Below are positions 40,151 to 50,241 of a stretch of 64,000 nucleotides of DNA, in pieces. The notes under the pieces are model-generated. The model searched no databases, was not told the DNA's origin, and saw nothing but the letters and a program-made list of their open reading frames with translations. The position numbers and the translations under genes were made by a program. Position 1 is the stretch's first letter; each line of letters begins with the position of its first letter. The stretch is taken from NCBI GenBank assembly GCA_963728005.1, contig CAVSIG010000005.1, forward strand, positions 57,716 through 121,715, in the 5' to 3' direction. The DNA comes from an uncultured Microthrixaceae bacterium (GTDB lineage: Bacteria; Actinomycetota; Acidimicrobiia; Acidimicrobiales; DATDAH01).

Positions 40151-40201
40151 CGAAATTGCTCCGATTCCGGTTGCTGGACGACCTCGATCGGAGCAATTTC
40201 G
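40151..40201. repeat. Perfect 15-bp inverted repeat (REP-like hairpin or terminator)
   Basis: CGAAATTGCTCCGAT-N21-ATCGGAGCAATTTCG in an intergenic region. Confidence 0.75.
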
Positions 40202-40209
40202 AGTGTGGA

Positions 40210-41073
40210 TCAGGGCTGGACGGCGTCGCCGAGGTTGGACGGATCGATGGGGTAGCCGCCGGCGGCGACCACCGCCTTCGCCCACGGGCGCAGCAGGTCG
40301 ACCAGCTCGTCGAGGTCGTCGTCGAGCGCCTCCAGCACGGCCCGGTCGCCGGCGTCGGTCGCCGCCTCGATGCCCTCGCGGACCTCGCGGCCGGCGTCGG
40401 TCAGGTCCTCCCCGTCGAGGAGGCCACGGTCCCGGAGGCGGGCGATGCCGGCGTCGATCTCCTCCTGGCTCCAGCCCCGGGTCCACGTGTAGCTGTTCAG
40501 GCCGATGCCCCACCAGCGCTCGGTGAGCAGGGTGATCTCGACGGCGTCGACCCCACCCGCCACCCAGGCGGCGTTGTGGCTGTCGCCCCGGAACTCCCGC
40601 AGGAGGTCGGCGGCCCGCCAGAGGTCGCCCACCGGGTCGCCGGGCCAGGGCAGCGAGCGCAGGCCGGCGTGGATCGGGTGGCCGTTGGGGGTGGTCGCCG
40701 CACCGGCCTGGCGGAGCAGCTCGGTGGCCCGATCGATGCCGTCGGGCAGGTCGCCGTCGTTGGCCTCGGTGAGGATGCGGGTGAGCTCCTCGGTGGCCCC
40801 CTCCCGCCGGGCGTCGAGCAACGGCTCGGGCTCGGTCAGCGACCACCCCTTCTCGACGGCGGGGATCACCGCGGTCGGGGAGAAGACGCCGAACGTGGCG
40901 GTCACCGCCTCGCCGGTGAGGCGGCCCATGCAGGCCGAGCGGGAGCAGAAGTACCCGGCGAAGTAGTCCAGGCCGAGGCCCTCGTAGCGCTGGTGGGCCG
41001 GCTTGGCGAAGTAGACGTTGGCCGCCAGCGGCTCGATGACGTTGCGGAGGCGGCGTGAGGGTTCGGTGGCCAT
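40210..41073 (-). CDS. SCO6745-like conserved actinobacterial protein
   Basis: IEPLAANVYF, YFCSRSACMG, LWRAADLLREFRGDSH, RGWSQEE. Confidence 0.75.
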   Translation of the reverse strand: MATEPSRRLRNVIEPLAANVYFAKPAHQRYEGLGLDYFAGYFCSRSACMGRLTGEAVTATFGVFSPTAVIPAVEKGWSLTEPEPLLDARREGATEELTRILTEANDGDLPDGIDRATELLRQAGAATTPNGHPIHAGLRSLPWPGDPVGDLWRAADLLREFRGDSHNAAWVAGGVDAVEITLLTERWWGIGLNSYTWTRGWSQEEIDAGIARLRDRGLLDGEDLTDAGREVREGIEAATDAGDRAVLEALDDDLDELVDLLRPWAKAVVAAGGYPIDPSNLGDAVQP

Positions 41074-41160
41074 CGGCCAAACGTAGGGCACGTCGTCGGA
41101 CGCCGGGTCAGGGCGATCGGTAGGATCCGCCAGGGCCCAACCAGCGACGAAGGGGATCGG

Positions 41161-42732
41161 ATGGCCGATGGCGCCGTAGTCCGGACGGTCGGCGAGCTCA
41201 TGAGCTCACCGGTCGTCACCGCCGAACCGGCCGAGACCGTGGCCGCCGCCTCGACCCGCATGCGGGACGCCGGCGTCGGTTCCGTCGTCGTGGTCGACGG
41301 CACCCGACGCGCCGTCGGCATCCTCACCGAGCGGGACCTGGTCCGCTTCGCCGCCGCCGGCGACGACGCCGCGGGCCACCAAGGTCTCCGAGTGGATGAC
41401 CGAGGACCCGGCCACGGTCGGGCCCGACGTCCCGGTCGGCGAGGCCTTCGCCGTGGCTGTCCGAGCACGGCTACCGCCACATCCCGGTCGTCGACGACGA
41501 GACGGCGCTCGTCGGCATCGTGTCGATGCGGGACCTGCTGCAAGATCGCCGCCATCGAGCCCGTCACCCACCCCGGGCACATCGAGGCCCCCAAGGGCCT
41601 GGCCGGGGTCATCGTGGCCGAGACCGCGGTCGGCGACGTCCGGGGCCAGGAGGGCTTCTACCACTACCGCCAGTACTCGGCGACGGACCTGGCCGAGAAG
41701 CGCTCGCTGGAGGACGTCTGGCACCTGATGTTCGAGGGCGAGCTGCCCACGGCCGCCGCAGCGGGAGGCCTTCGCCGAGCGAGATCCGGGCCAACCGGGT
41801 CCTGCCCGACACGGTCGCCGCCCAGCTGCCGGCCATCGCCGACGCCGGCGAGCGCTTCCTGCCGCTCGACGGCCTGCGCACGGTCGATCTCGCTGCGTCG
41901 GCTCGGCGCTGCGACTTCCAGCCGTCGCTCGACATCGACGCGCCGAGGAGCTGCGCGCGCAACGCCATGCAGGTCTGCGCCGTGATCCCCACCGTCGCTC
42001 ACCGCGCTGTACCGGCTGCACCAGGGCCAGCGAGCCCATCGACCCCCACCCCGACCTCGGCTACGCCGCCAACTACCTCTACATGCTCACCGGCGAGGAG
42101 CCCGACCCCGAGCTGGCCCGGGCGATCGAGCAGTACCAGATCACCACCGTCGACCACGGGTTCAACGCCTCGACCTTCACCGCCCGGGTCATCACCTCGA
42201 CCGGCGCCGACCTGGGCGCGGCCGTGGTCGGGCGGCATCGGCGCGCTGTCGGGCCCGCTGCACGGCGGCGCCCCCAGCCGGGCCCTCGACATGCTCGACG
42301 CCATCGGCACGCCCGACAAGACCGAGGCCTGGGTCCGCGACGCGGTCGAGAGCGGCGACCGGATCATGGGCTTCGGCCACCGGGTCTACAAGACCGACGA
42401 CCCCCGCTCGCCGCTGCTGCAAGGGCGTGGCCAAGCGCCTCGGCGGCGACATGGCCGACTTCGCCGAGAAGGTCGAGCAGACCGTCGTCGACACCCTCGC
42501 CGAGCTGAAGCCCGGCCGCGAGCTCTACGCCAACGTCGAGTTCTACGCCGGCGTGGTCATGGACCGCTGCGGCCTGCCCCGGGAGATGTTCACCCCGACC
42601 TTCGCCGTCCAGCCGGGTGATCGGCTGGTGCGCCAACATCCTCGAGCAGGCCGCCGACAACCGGATCATCCGCCCCAGCGCCCGCTACGTCGGCCCGCCG
42701 CCGCCCCGTGCCCGTCCCCGACGCCGGAGTGA
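41161..42732 (+). CDS. Citrate/2-methylcitrate synthase with N-terminal CBS-domain pair (many frameshifts)
   Basis: CBS motifs ([36 protein letters not shown]) followed by [44 protein letters not shown] and ANVEFY. Confidence 0.85.
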
Positions 42733-43176
42733 CGGTCACCGTCACGGGCGGTCACCGAGGTCGACGACGAGCTGGTCGAGGCCTTCGACCGACTGACGCC
42801 CCAGCTGTCGTCGTCCAACCCGCCGCCCGTCCCGTGCCGCGCTGGCGGAGATCGTGGCCTCGCCGGCGACCGTGCTGCTTCGTCGCCCGGGACGACGACG
42901 GCGCCGATCGTCGGCTCGCTGACGCTGGCGCTGTTCCGCATCCCCACCGGCGCTGCGGGCCTGGATCGAGGACGTGGTCGTCGACGAGGCCGCCCGCGGC
43001 AAGGGCGTGGGCGCGGCCCTGAACGAGGCGGCCCTCGACCGCGCCCGCGCGGCCGGGCGCCCGCACGGTCGACCTCACCTCCCGCCCGCAGCCGCGAGGC
43101 GGCCAACCGCCTCTACCAACGCCTCGGCTTCGTCCAGCGCGACACCAACGTCTACCGGTTCGACCTGAACGCCTAG
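42729..43176 (+). CDS. GNAT family N-acetyltransferase (frameshifted)
   Basis: [36 protein letters not shown] across frames. Confidence 0.8.
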
Positions 43177-43180
43177 TTGC

Positions 43181-44011
43181 TCACGCCCCGGCTTCGTCCA
43201 GCCGCAGGATCATCTCCTGGGCCATCGAGGCCACGATGCGGCCGTCGGTGTCTCGGATCACCCCCCGCAGGGTGCCGCGGCCGCCGGCGTTGACGAGGCT
43301 CTGGACGTCCTGGAGGAGCCACTCGTCGGCACGCGCCGGGCGATGGAACCAGGCTGCGTGGTCGAGGCTGATCATGCCGGTCGTGTCGCCGTCGAGGTGC
43401 AGGGGCCTCCCGCCGATGCCGGTCCAGTCGGTGGCATAGCCGAGCAGGGCCGCGTGCAGGGGCGGATCGTCGTCGAGGTCCCGTGGGAGGCGGAACCAGT
43501 GCCGGTGCGTCGCCTCGCGGGTCCCGTCCGGGCGCGGGGCGCTGGGCCCGATCCAACGGACCTCCCACGGCGCCGGGTGGTCCTCGTCGTCGGGTGCGGG
43601 GAGGTCGTCGGGGAGGGCCACACCGTCGGGGATCCCTGAGAGGTCGTAGTCGTAGCCGTCGGTGTCCGCCGTGAACGAGCAGGTCATCGTGATGACGGGC
43701 TTGCCGTCCTGTGACGCCGTCACGAGGTGAAGTCCGAGGGTGCGTCCCGCCTTCACCACCTCGCTGTGGAAGGCGATGTCCGCCCCACCCTGCACCGGTC
43801 TGAGGAAGTGGGCGTGGATCGAGTGGAGGCGGCGCCCGGCCGGGGCGTCCCGGCAGGCGGCGCTGATGGTGAGGGCGAGCCCGATGCCGCCGAACACCAC
43901 CGGCCCGTACCAGTCCGGCGTGCGGCCGCCCCAGCCGTTGCCGGCTCGCTGCGGCCGCAGGAGCTCGAGGAGCTCGTCGATCGCCGCCTCCTTCGCTGCC
44001 CGGTCCCGCAC
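43181..44011 (-). CDS. Acyl-CoA thioesterase (TesB-like)
   Basis: VFGG, HSIHAHFLRP, YATD, SLDHAAWFHRP, ASMAQE. Confidence 0.88.
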   Translation of the reverse strand: MRDRAAKEAAIDELLELLRPQRAGNGWGGRTPDWYGPVVFGGIGLALTISAACRDAPAGRRLHSIHAHFLRPVQGGADIAFHSEVVKAGRTLGLHLVTASQDGKPVITMTCSFTADTDGYDYDLSGIPDGVALPDDLPAPDDEDHPAPWEVRWIGPSAPRPDGTREATHRHWFRLPRDLDDDPPLHAALLGYATDWTGIGGRPLHLDGDTTGMISLDHAAWFHRPARADEWLLQDVQSLVNAGGRGTLRGVIRDTDGRIVASMAQEMILRLDEAGA

Positions 44012-44012
44012 T

Positions 44013-44817
44013 TCAGCGGCCCCGGAACGTCGGCGACCGCTTCTCGAAGATGGCCTGCACCGCCTCCTGGCCGTCCTCGCTGTCGAGGCCCGCCACCGCC
44101 TTGCGGATCTCGTCGACCACCCGTGCCTCCACGTCCGTGACCAGCGGTGTCCGGGCGACCAGTGCCTTCGTCCTCCTCACCGCGAGCGGCGCCTGGGCGG
44201 CGATGCTCTCGCAGACCTCCAGGAGCCGGCCATCGAGCTCGTCGGTGGGGACGACCTCAGAGACGAACCCGCGCTGGCGCGCCTCCTCCGCGTCGACGAA
44301 CCGGGACTCGAGCAGGAAGCGGATGGCCTGCTCGTGGCCGACGAGCGTCGGGAGCGGACCAGGTGAGCCCACCGTCGGGTGATGCCCCGGCCCGCAGATA
44401 GCCAGGGTGGAGTCGCGCCGTGTCCGCCGCGATCCGGATGTCCGCCGCCATCGCCAGGGAGAGGCCGGCGCCGACCGCCACCCCGTTGAGCCCGACGACC
44501 ACGGGCTTGTCGGTCTCGAACCGCAGCGCGAGGAGGAACCGCCCGACCCAGCCCTTCTCGTCGAGGACCTGCGCCTGCTCTGACAGGCCGGTGTCCGGCG
44601 AATCCTCGTCGTCACCGGTGCCCAGGTCGAGGCCGGAGCAGAAGGCGTCCCCGTTGCCGGTGAGGGCGATGACGCGGACCTCGTCGTCGTCATGGGCCTC
44701 GGCCACCGCTCGCACAATGCTCCAGCCCAGCGAGGAGGTGATGGCGTTCTTCCGCTCCGGACGGTTGAGCCGAAGCACGCGCACGTGCCCGACGGTCTCG
44801 GCAAGGAGATGCGACAT
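44013..44817 (-). CDS. Enoyl-CoA hydratase/isomerase family protein (frameshift near 44355)
   Basis: LNRPERKNA, AFCSGLDL, NGVAVGAG, DIRIA, FEKRSPTFRG. Confidence 0.9.
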
Positions 44818-44881
44818 GGCGCCACGCTGCCACGCGGCCGCGCCCCCCTGGGCTCCCGTTTGGGATCGGGACCTCTGAGGA

Positions 44882-45436
44882 TCAGCGCACCAGCCGCTCC
44901 AGTGCCGCGTCGACGACCTGCCTCCGGGTACGGCCGCGGTGGCGGGCGGCGACGAAGGGGCTGCCCACGAACAGGGACATGACCAGCAGGCAGCGCGCTT
45001 CGACGTCGTCCTCGTCGGGGCAGAAGGTGCCGAACAGCCCGCGCAGGTAGTCCACCCGCCGATCGTCGACGCGGCGCACCCGGTGGGCCACCGCCGGGTC
45101 GCGGCGGGCCCAGTCCCGGACGGCGAGCTCGGTGCGTTGGAACGGGCGCCCTGCCTCGGCTGCGAGGTCGAAGAGCCGGCGGAGCTTGTCCCGGGGGTCG
45201 CCGCCCGTGCTGTCGACCTGCTCGATGACCCGGTCCACGGCCGTCTGCTCCCAGCTGTCGAGCATGGCTTCGAGCAGGGTCGGCCGGTCGTCGAAGTGCC
45301 AGTAGAAGCCGCCCTTGGTGACGCCGAGCGCCCGGGCCAGGGACTCGATCCGGACCGCGTCAGGGCCACCACCATCGGCGAGGGCCAGCATGCCCTCCTC
45401 GATCCAGCGCTCACGAGGTGTGCGGGCCGTGGCCAT
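44882..45436 (-). CDS. TetR/AcrR family transcriptional regulator
   Basis: VRIESLARALGVTKGGFYWHF HTH, ELAVRDWAR. Confidence 0.92.
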   Translation of the reverse strand: MATARTPRERWIEEGMLALADGGGPDAVRIESLARALGVTKGGFYWHFDDRPTLLEAMLDSWEQTAVDRVIEQVDSTGGDPRDKLRRLFDLAAEAGRPFQRTELAVRDWARRDPAVAHRVRRVDDRRVDYLRGLFGTFCPDEDDVEARCLLVMSLFVGSPFVAARHRGRTRRQVVDAALERLVR

Positions 45437-45449
45437 CGCCGATTGCTAC

Positions 45450-45513
45450 TCCATACGACACCGTATGGACAATCACCCTGGCCTGTCGTATGGTCCATAC
45501 GTACCCGTATGGA
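45450..45513. promoter_or_regulatory. Two TetR-type operators TCCATACG-N4-CGTATGGA
   Basis: Palindromes with identical arms at 45450-45469 and 45494-45513 between divergent genes; the second overlaps the ATG at 45509. Confidence 0.8.
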
Positions 45514-46189
45514 AAAGACCCTGCCCCCTGGCCAGAACGCGCTCGATCGCTTCCCGCGCTTCGGGACCCACCTGCACGATCCGCCGCCGGAGGTGCCGGA
45601 GAACCCGGTGATCGAGGTCGACGGCGCGGTCGTCGAGTCGTTCACGGTGCCGGTGGCGGATCTCACGACGCTCCCCAGGACGGAGGTGACCGCCGACTTC
45701 CACTGCGTGGCCGGATGGTCGGCCACCGACCTGCACTGGGAGGGTGTCGCCTTCGAGGACTTCCATCGTCTGGTCATCCAGCCGGCGCTCGCACCCGGGA
45801 CCGTGGTGACCCACGTCGTGTTCGAGGGCCTCGACCGCTACCGGTCGATCGTGGTGCTCGAGGACGCACTGGCCGACGACGTCCTGCTGGCCGACCGACT
45901 CGACGGTGCGCCCATCGGCCCCGACCACGGCGAGCCCGTGCGCCTGGTCAGCCCGCAGCAGTACGGCTTCATGAGCACCAAGCACCTGTGCCGTATCGAG
46001 CTCCACACCGAGGAGCCTCCCGGCCGGTACCACCCGTCGTGGCGGATCGACTGGGGCCTGCAGGTGGTCAAACCCCACCGCCGGGCCCGGGTGTGGCAGG
46101 AGGAGCGGCACCGCTACCTCCCCGCCCGTGTGGTGCGACCGATCTACCACCGCCTCGTGCCGATGGTCCGGTCGCTCAGTCGGCGCTGA
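45509..46189 (+). CDS. Molybdopterin-dependent oxidoreductase (sulfite oxidase/MsrP-like Moco domain)
   Basis: DFHCVAGWS (Mo-ligand Cys), HGEPVRLV.P..YGFMS.K. Confidence 0.88.
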   Translation: MEKTLPPGQNALDRFPRFGTHLHDPPPEVPENPVIEVDGAVVESFTVPVADLTTLPRTEVTADFHCVAGWSATDLHWEGVAFEDFHRLVIQPALAPGTVVTHVVFEGLDRYRSIVVLEDALADDVLLADRLDGAPIGPDHGEPVRLVSPQQYGFMSTKHLCRIELHTEEPPGRYHPSWRIDWGLQVVKPHRRARVWQEERHRYLPARVVRPIYHRLVPMVRSLSRR

Positions 46190-46744
46190 TCACCCCGTCC
46201 ACTCGTCGGCGAGCACGGCGAAGACCAGTTCGTCGTTCCACCGGCCCTTGACCAACCGGCTGCGGACGAAGTGCGCCTCCTGGCGCATGCCCACGCGGCG
46301 CATGAGGCCGGCCGAGGCCTCGTTGCGGGCGTCGCAGCGGCCGATGACCCGGTGCCAGCCGAGGTCCTCGAAGGCCATGCGCAGCGCCCGTTCGACGGCC
46401 TCCCGGGCGAAGCCCTGGCGGTGGTGGTCCGGGTGGAGGATGTAGCCGATCTCGCCCGTCCGGTCCTCGATGCTGCGCAGGATCAGCATCACGTCGCCGA
46501 TGAGCTCGCCGGTGGCCTTGCGCACCATGCCCAGCTCGACCCGGTCATCGACCCGGTCGAGACCGGTCATGGTCACCGCCTTGTGGAGCCGCGCCGCTGC
46601 CGCAGCGCGGTCCAGCGGGTCGTCGAGGAGGTACCGGGCCACGTCCTCACGTCCCTGGTAGCCGTGGTAGGCGTCGAGGTCACCGACCTCGAGCCGCCGC
46701 AGCTCCAGCCGGTCGGTGTGCAGCGGGAGCTCGGGCAGGGGCAT
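46190..46744 (-). CDS. GNAT family N-acetyltransferase (RimJ/RimL-like)
   Basis: TDRLELR, EIGYILHP...QGFA.EA, NEAS..LMRRVGM. Confidence 0.9.
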   Translation of the reverse strand: MPLPELPLHTDRLELRRLEVGDLDAYHGYQGREDVARYLLDDPLDRAAAAARLHKAVTMTGLDRVDDRVELGMVRKATGELIGDVMLILRSIEDRTGEIGYILHPDHHRQGFAREAVERALRMAFEDLGWHRVIGRCDARNEASAGLMRRVGMRQEAHFVRSRLVKGRWNDELVFAVLADEWTG

Positions 46745-46747
46745 GCG

Positions 46748-47746
46748 CTACGGGACGACGCCCGAGGGCTGATCCTCGGGGTCGAGGGCGATCTGGAACG
46801 TGATCGAGCGGTGCTCGGGCTCGAACCCGAGGCTGCGGTAGAGGTGGAAGGCACCCGTCGGGTTCTCCGAATCGACGTCCAGGGCGGCATGGTCGAAGCT
46901 GGTCGCGGCGAACGCGTGCATCGACCGAGCGATCAGGGCCGACGCAACACCGCGGCCGCGGGCGGCCCGCAGCGTGCCCAGCGTGGCGATGATGGCGTCG
47001 CGCCGGCCCGTCACGGCCTCGTCCTCCGGGTAGGCCTGGTTCAGGCAGATGGCGACCAGCTCGCCGGTCGCCTCGTCGACGGCGACGAACGACAGGTCGG
47101 GCCGCCCCCCGTGCCCGTGCACGACCTCGTCCCACACCTCCGCCGGGATCGCCGTCGTCCCCCAGTGGTCGGCGAAGGTGGTGTTGCGCACCTCCAGCGT
47201 CTGCTCGTCGGTCTCCGGCCACGGCTCGATGCGGACGCCGTCGGGCGTCGTGGTCTCCGGGAGGTCGACGAGCGGCCGGAGGAGCATCTCGTTCCAGCGA
47301 GCCGCCGCGAAGCCGAACCGCTGGTAGAGGTGGTGGCGGTCGGTCAACCAGTCGAAGGCGTCCACGCGGATGAAGCGGGGGAGCCCGTGGGTGGTCGCCC
47401 CGAGCCGCTCCTGGGCCCGGCCGAGGCTCCAACCCAGCAACGCCCGACCCACCCCCGTGCCGCGGTGCTCGGCCGCGACCTCGCCGAAGAGCTGGGCGCG
47501 GTCCAGCCGCTCGCGGGCCTCCGGGTGCCACACCTGTGCCCACCCGATCACCTCGCCACATCGCTCGGCGACCCGGGTGTCCAGCTCCAGGTCGACGTAC
47601 GAGGCCGACAGGTCGTCGGCCAGCTCCTCGTCGGTGAGCACCTGGGGGACCCGGTCGTGCGCCTGGGCATGTCGGACCAGGGCGGCGATGGTCGGGACGT
47701 CGTCGAGGGTCGCCGGCCGGAGCTCCATCGCCCCAGCCTCGCTCAA
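46748..47746 (-). CDS. Tandem GNAT acetyltransferase (MshD-like architecture)
   Basis: Two GNAT motifs (HRGTGVG; RGRGVA), FADHWG, LDVDSENPTGA..LYRSLGF. Confidence 0.85.
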   Translation of the reverse strand: MSEAGAMELRPATLDDVPTIAALVRHAQAHDRVPQVLTDEELADDLSASYVDLELDTRVAERCGEVIGWAQVWHPEARERLDRAQLFGEVAAEHRGTGVGRALLGWSLGRAQERLGATTHGLPRFIRVDAFDWLTDRHHLYQRFGFAAARWNEMLLRPLVDLPETTTPDGVRIEPWPETDEQTLEVRNTTFADHWGTTAIPAEVWDEVVHGHGGRPDLSFVAVDEATGELVAICLNQAYPEDEAVTGRRDAIIATLGTLRAARGRGVASALIARSMHAFAATSFDHAALDVDSENPTGAFHLYRSLGFEPEHRSITFQIALDPEDQPSGVVP

Positions 47747-48532
47747 TCAGCCCGGCGGACCGGCGTCGATTCGGCGGCGGATGACGTCCTGGTCATCGGT
47801 GCCCCACGCCGCCTCGAGCCACCACGTGGCGCCGGCCTCGGCCCACGGGCCGACGGTGTCGGCGCCACCGCCGGGCTCGGTCTCGCCCTCGGCGACCAGG
47901 TCGTAGCCGTCGTGGATGCCGTTCTCGCGCAGCCAGGCCACCATCTCGCGGTAGTCGTCGGGGGTTTCGACACCCTGGGGGACGATCCCGTCGAACCGGG
48001 TCACCCGGCGCATGGACTTCGGTCGGTTCCACAGCCCGACGACCCAGATCGGGACCCGGGGCTCCTGGATGCAGACGCCGGTGGTGTCCAGGTCGCCACG
48101 GCGGGACAGGTCCATCTCGTAGTGCTCGCCGGAGAACGTCGGCCGGTCGGTCCACACACCGGTGATCAGGTCGAGCGCCTCGTCCAACCGGGCGGCCCGC
48201 ACCCGGAGGTCCTCCTCCTCGCCGGTCACGCCGATCTCGGGCTCGGTGGCGCCGAGACCGACGGCCAGGATGGCCCGGCCCCCGGACAGCTGGTCGAGGG
48301 TGGCCGCCTGGCTGGCCACCTTCCACGGCCGGCGCCAGGGCAGTGGGGTGAGCATGGTGCCGAGGCGGACCCGCTCGGTGCGCGCGGCCATGGCCGACAG
48401 GAGGGACCACGCGTCCACGCCGTAGGCCGACTCGTAGACGAACACGCCGTCCCAGCCCGCCGCCTCGGCGGCGATGGCGTGGTCCAGCTGCTCGGGGGCG
48501 GTGCCCCCGGGGAACACGAATCCGTACTTCAT
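47747..48532 (-). CDS. LLM class flavin-dependent oxidoreductase
   Basis: AEAAGWDG, VRLGTMLTP..RRPW, LSGGRAILAVGLG. Confidence 0.88.
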   Translation of the reverse strand: MKYGFVFPGGTAPEQLDHAIAAEAAGWDGVFVYESAYGVDAWSLLSAMAARTERVRLGTMLTPLPWRRPWKVASQAATLDQLSGGRAILAVGLGATEPEIGVTGEEEDLRVRAARLDEALDLITGVWTDRPTFSGEHYEMDLSRRGDLDTTGVCIQEPRVPIWVVGLWNRPKSMRRVTRFDGIVPQGVETPDDYREMVAWLRENGIHDGYDLVAEGETEPGGGADTVGPWAEAGATWWLEAAWGTDDQDVIRRRIDAGPPG

Positions 48533-48579
48533 CCCTCTTCGATACCCCAGGGCCGTGACACGCGGTACAACGGATCGTC

Positions 48580-48954
48580 ATGGCCGACCCCGTGGCGACC
48601 GCGCTGGCGCACGTCCGCACCGCCTGCCTCGCCCTCCCGGAGGTGACCGAACGGCTCAGCCACGGCTCGCCGACGTTCTTCGTGCGGGGCAAGAAGACCT
48701 TCGTCATGTTCCTGAACGACCACCACGGCGACGGGCGGCTGGCCCTCTGGGTGGCGGCCGCCCCCGGCGTCCAGGCCGAGATGGTGGACGAGGAGCCCGA
48801 CCGCTTCTTCGTCCCGCCCTACGTCGGCCACCGGGGTTGGCTGGGCGTGCGCCTCGACCGCAAGCCGGACTGGGACGAGGTGGCCGGGATCTGCGCCGAC
48901 GCGTACCGGCAGGTGGCCCCCAAGACCCTCGTCGCCCAGCTCGACGCCGACTGA
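48580..48954 (+). CDS. MmcQ/YjbR family protein
   Basis: LALPEVTE..SHGSPTF, FFVPPYVGHRGW, AYRQVAPK. Confidence 0.88.
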   Translation: MADPVATALAHVRTACLALPEVTERLSHGSPTFFVRGKKTFVMFLNDHHGDGRLALWVAAAPGVQAEMVDEEPDRFFVPPYVGHRGWLGVRLDRKPDWDEVAGICADAYRQVAPKTLVAQLDAD

Positions 48955-48976
48955 CGTACGTCGTACGACGTACGTC
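48953..48976. promoter_or_regulatory. 24-bp perfect palindrome, candidate NarL-type regulator site upstream of the kinase
   Basis: GACGTACGTCGTACGACGTACGTC; its core GTACG-N8-CGTAC is echoed at 50931-50948. Confidence 0.6.
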
Positions 48977-48996
48977 CCGGTTGCGCCGCCGGGCGG

Positions 48997-50214
48997 ATGT
49001 GGACCGACCGGTCGACCCGTAACGTCGTGAGGGTGATCCCGCCGTTCCTGCGCCGGCAAGGGGTGCAGGACGCCCTGATCGGCGTCGTCTTCTACCTCTC
49101 CGTGATGCTGATCACGATCCGGATCGACAGTGCCGAGACGTCGACGCCCGGCCAGCGCTTCGACGGCCTGACGGCTTTCCTCATCCTGGGCGCCAGCGTC
49201 GCCCTGGCCTTCCGCCACCGGCTGCCGAGGCTGCACCTCTATGTCATCCTCGGGCTGACCGTCGTCTACATCGCCCGGGACTACGTCGGTGGGCCGTTCT
49301 TCCTGGCCATCTTCATCGCCATCGGCACGGTCGCCAGCATCCTGCCGACACGAGAGGCCCTGCGCCCCGCGGTCATCGCCTTCGTGGCCATGGCGATCAG
49401 CGGCTTCGTGGTCGACAGCGAGGAGACCGAGGGCTGGGCCCACCTCCTCTATCTGAGCTGGTCGGTCGTGGCGTTCCTGGCGGGCAAGACCATCCGGGAC
49501 CGCCGCGAGCTGTTGGACGGGTTGCGGAAGCGGAACCAGCAGCTGGAGGAGACCCGGGAGGAGGAGGCGTTGCGGCGGGTGGCCGAAGAGCGGGTGCGCA
49601 TCGCCCGCGACCTGCACGACATCGTCGCCCACAACATCGCCGGCATCAGCCTGCAGGCGGCCACCGGCGCCCACGTCGCCGACGCCCACCCGGAGCAGGC
49701 CCGTGCCGCGCTCCTGGCCATCCGGGAGGCCAGCCGCCAGACCCTCGACGAGCTCCGCACCACCCTCCACCTGCTGCGGGAGGGTGACGACGACGCCCCG
49801 CTGGCGCCGACGCCGGGCCTCGACGCACTCGACGAGCTGATCGCCTCGGTGGTCGCCAACGGGGTGCCGACCACGCTCGAGGTGCTGGGCGACACCTCCG
49901 ACGTTCCCGAGGCCGTGGCCGGGGCCGCCTACCGCATCGTCCAGGAGTCGCTGACCAACGTCATGCGCCACGCCGGTCCCGCCCGGGCGACGATCCAGGT
50001 CGACCGCGTCACCGACGGGCTCAGCGTCCGCGTCGAGGACGACGGCCGTGGCGTGTCCGCCGCGGTCCAGGCGGCCACCGTCACCGGTCATGGCCTGTCC
50101 GGCATGCGGGAGCGGGCGCTGGCGCTCGGCGGCAGTGTCGACGCCGGGCCCCGACCGGGCGGCGGCTTCCGGGTCCGGGCGTGGCTCCCGGTCGGACCGG
50201 GCCGACGCGCCTGA
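48997..50214 (+). CDS. Sensor histidine kinase (HisKA_3)
   Basis: TM N-terminus, ERVRIARDLHDIVAH, QESLTNV.RHA, DDGRG, GHGLSGMRER. Confidence 0.93.
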   Translation: MWTDRSTRNVVRVIPPFLRRQGVQDALIGVVFYLSVMLITIRIDSAETSTPGQRFDGLTAFLILGASVALAFRHRLPRLHLYVILGLTVVYIARDYVGGPFFLAIFIAIGTVASILPTREALRPAVIAFVAMAISGFVVDSEETEGWAHLLYLSWSVVAFLAGKTIRDRRELLDGLRKRNQQLEETREEEALRRVAEERVRIARDLHDIVAHNIAGISLQAATGAHVADAHPEQARAALLAIREASRQTLDELRTTLHLLREGDDDAPLAPTPGLDALDELIASVVANGVPTTLEVLGDTSDVPEAVAGAAYRIVQESLTNVMRHAGPARATIQVDRVTDGLSVRVEDDGRGVSAAVQAATVTGHGLSGMRERALALGGSVDAGPRPGGGFRVRAWLPVGPGRRA

Positions 50215-50241
50215 GGAGACCTCGCCCGAGGGGGCCCGGGC

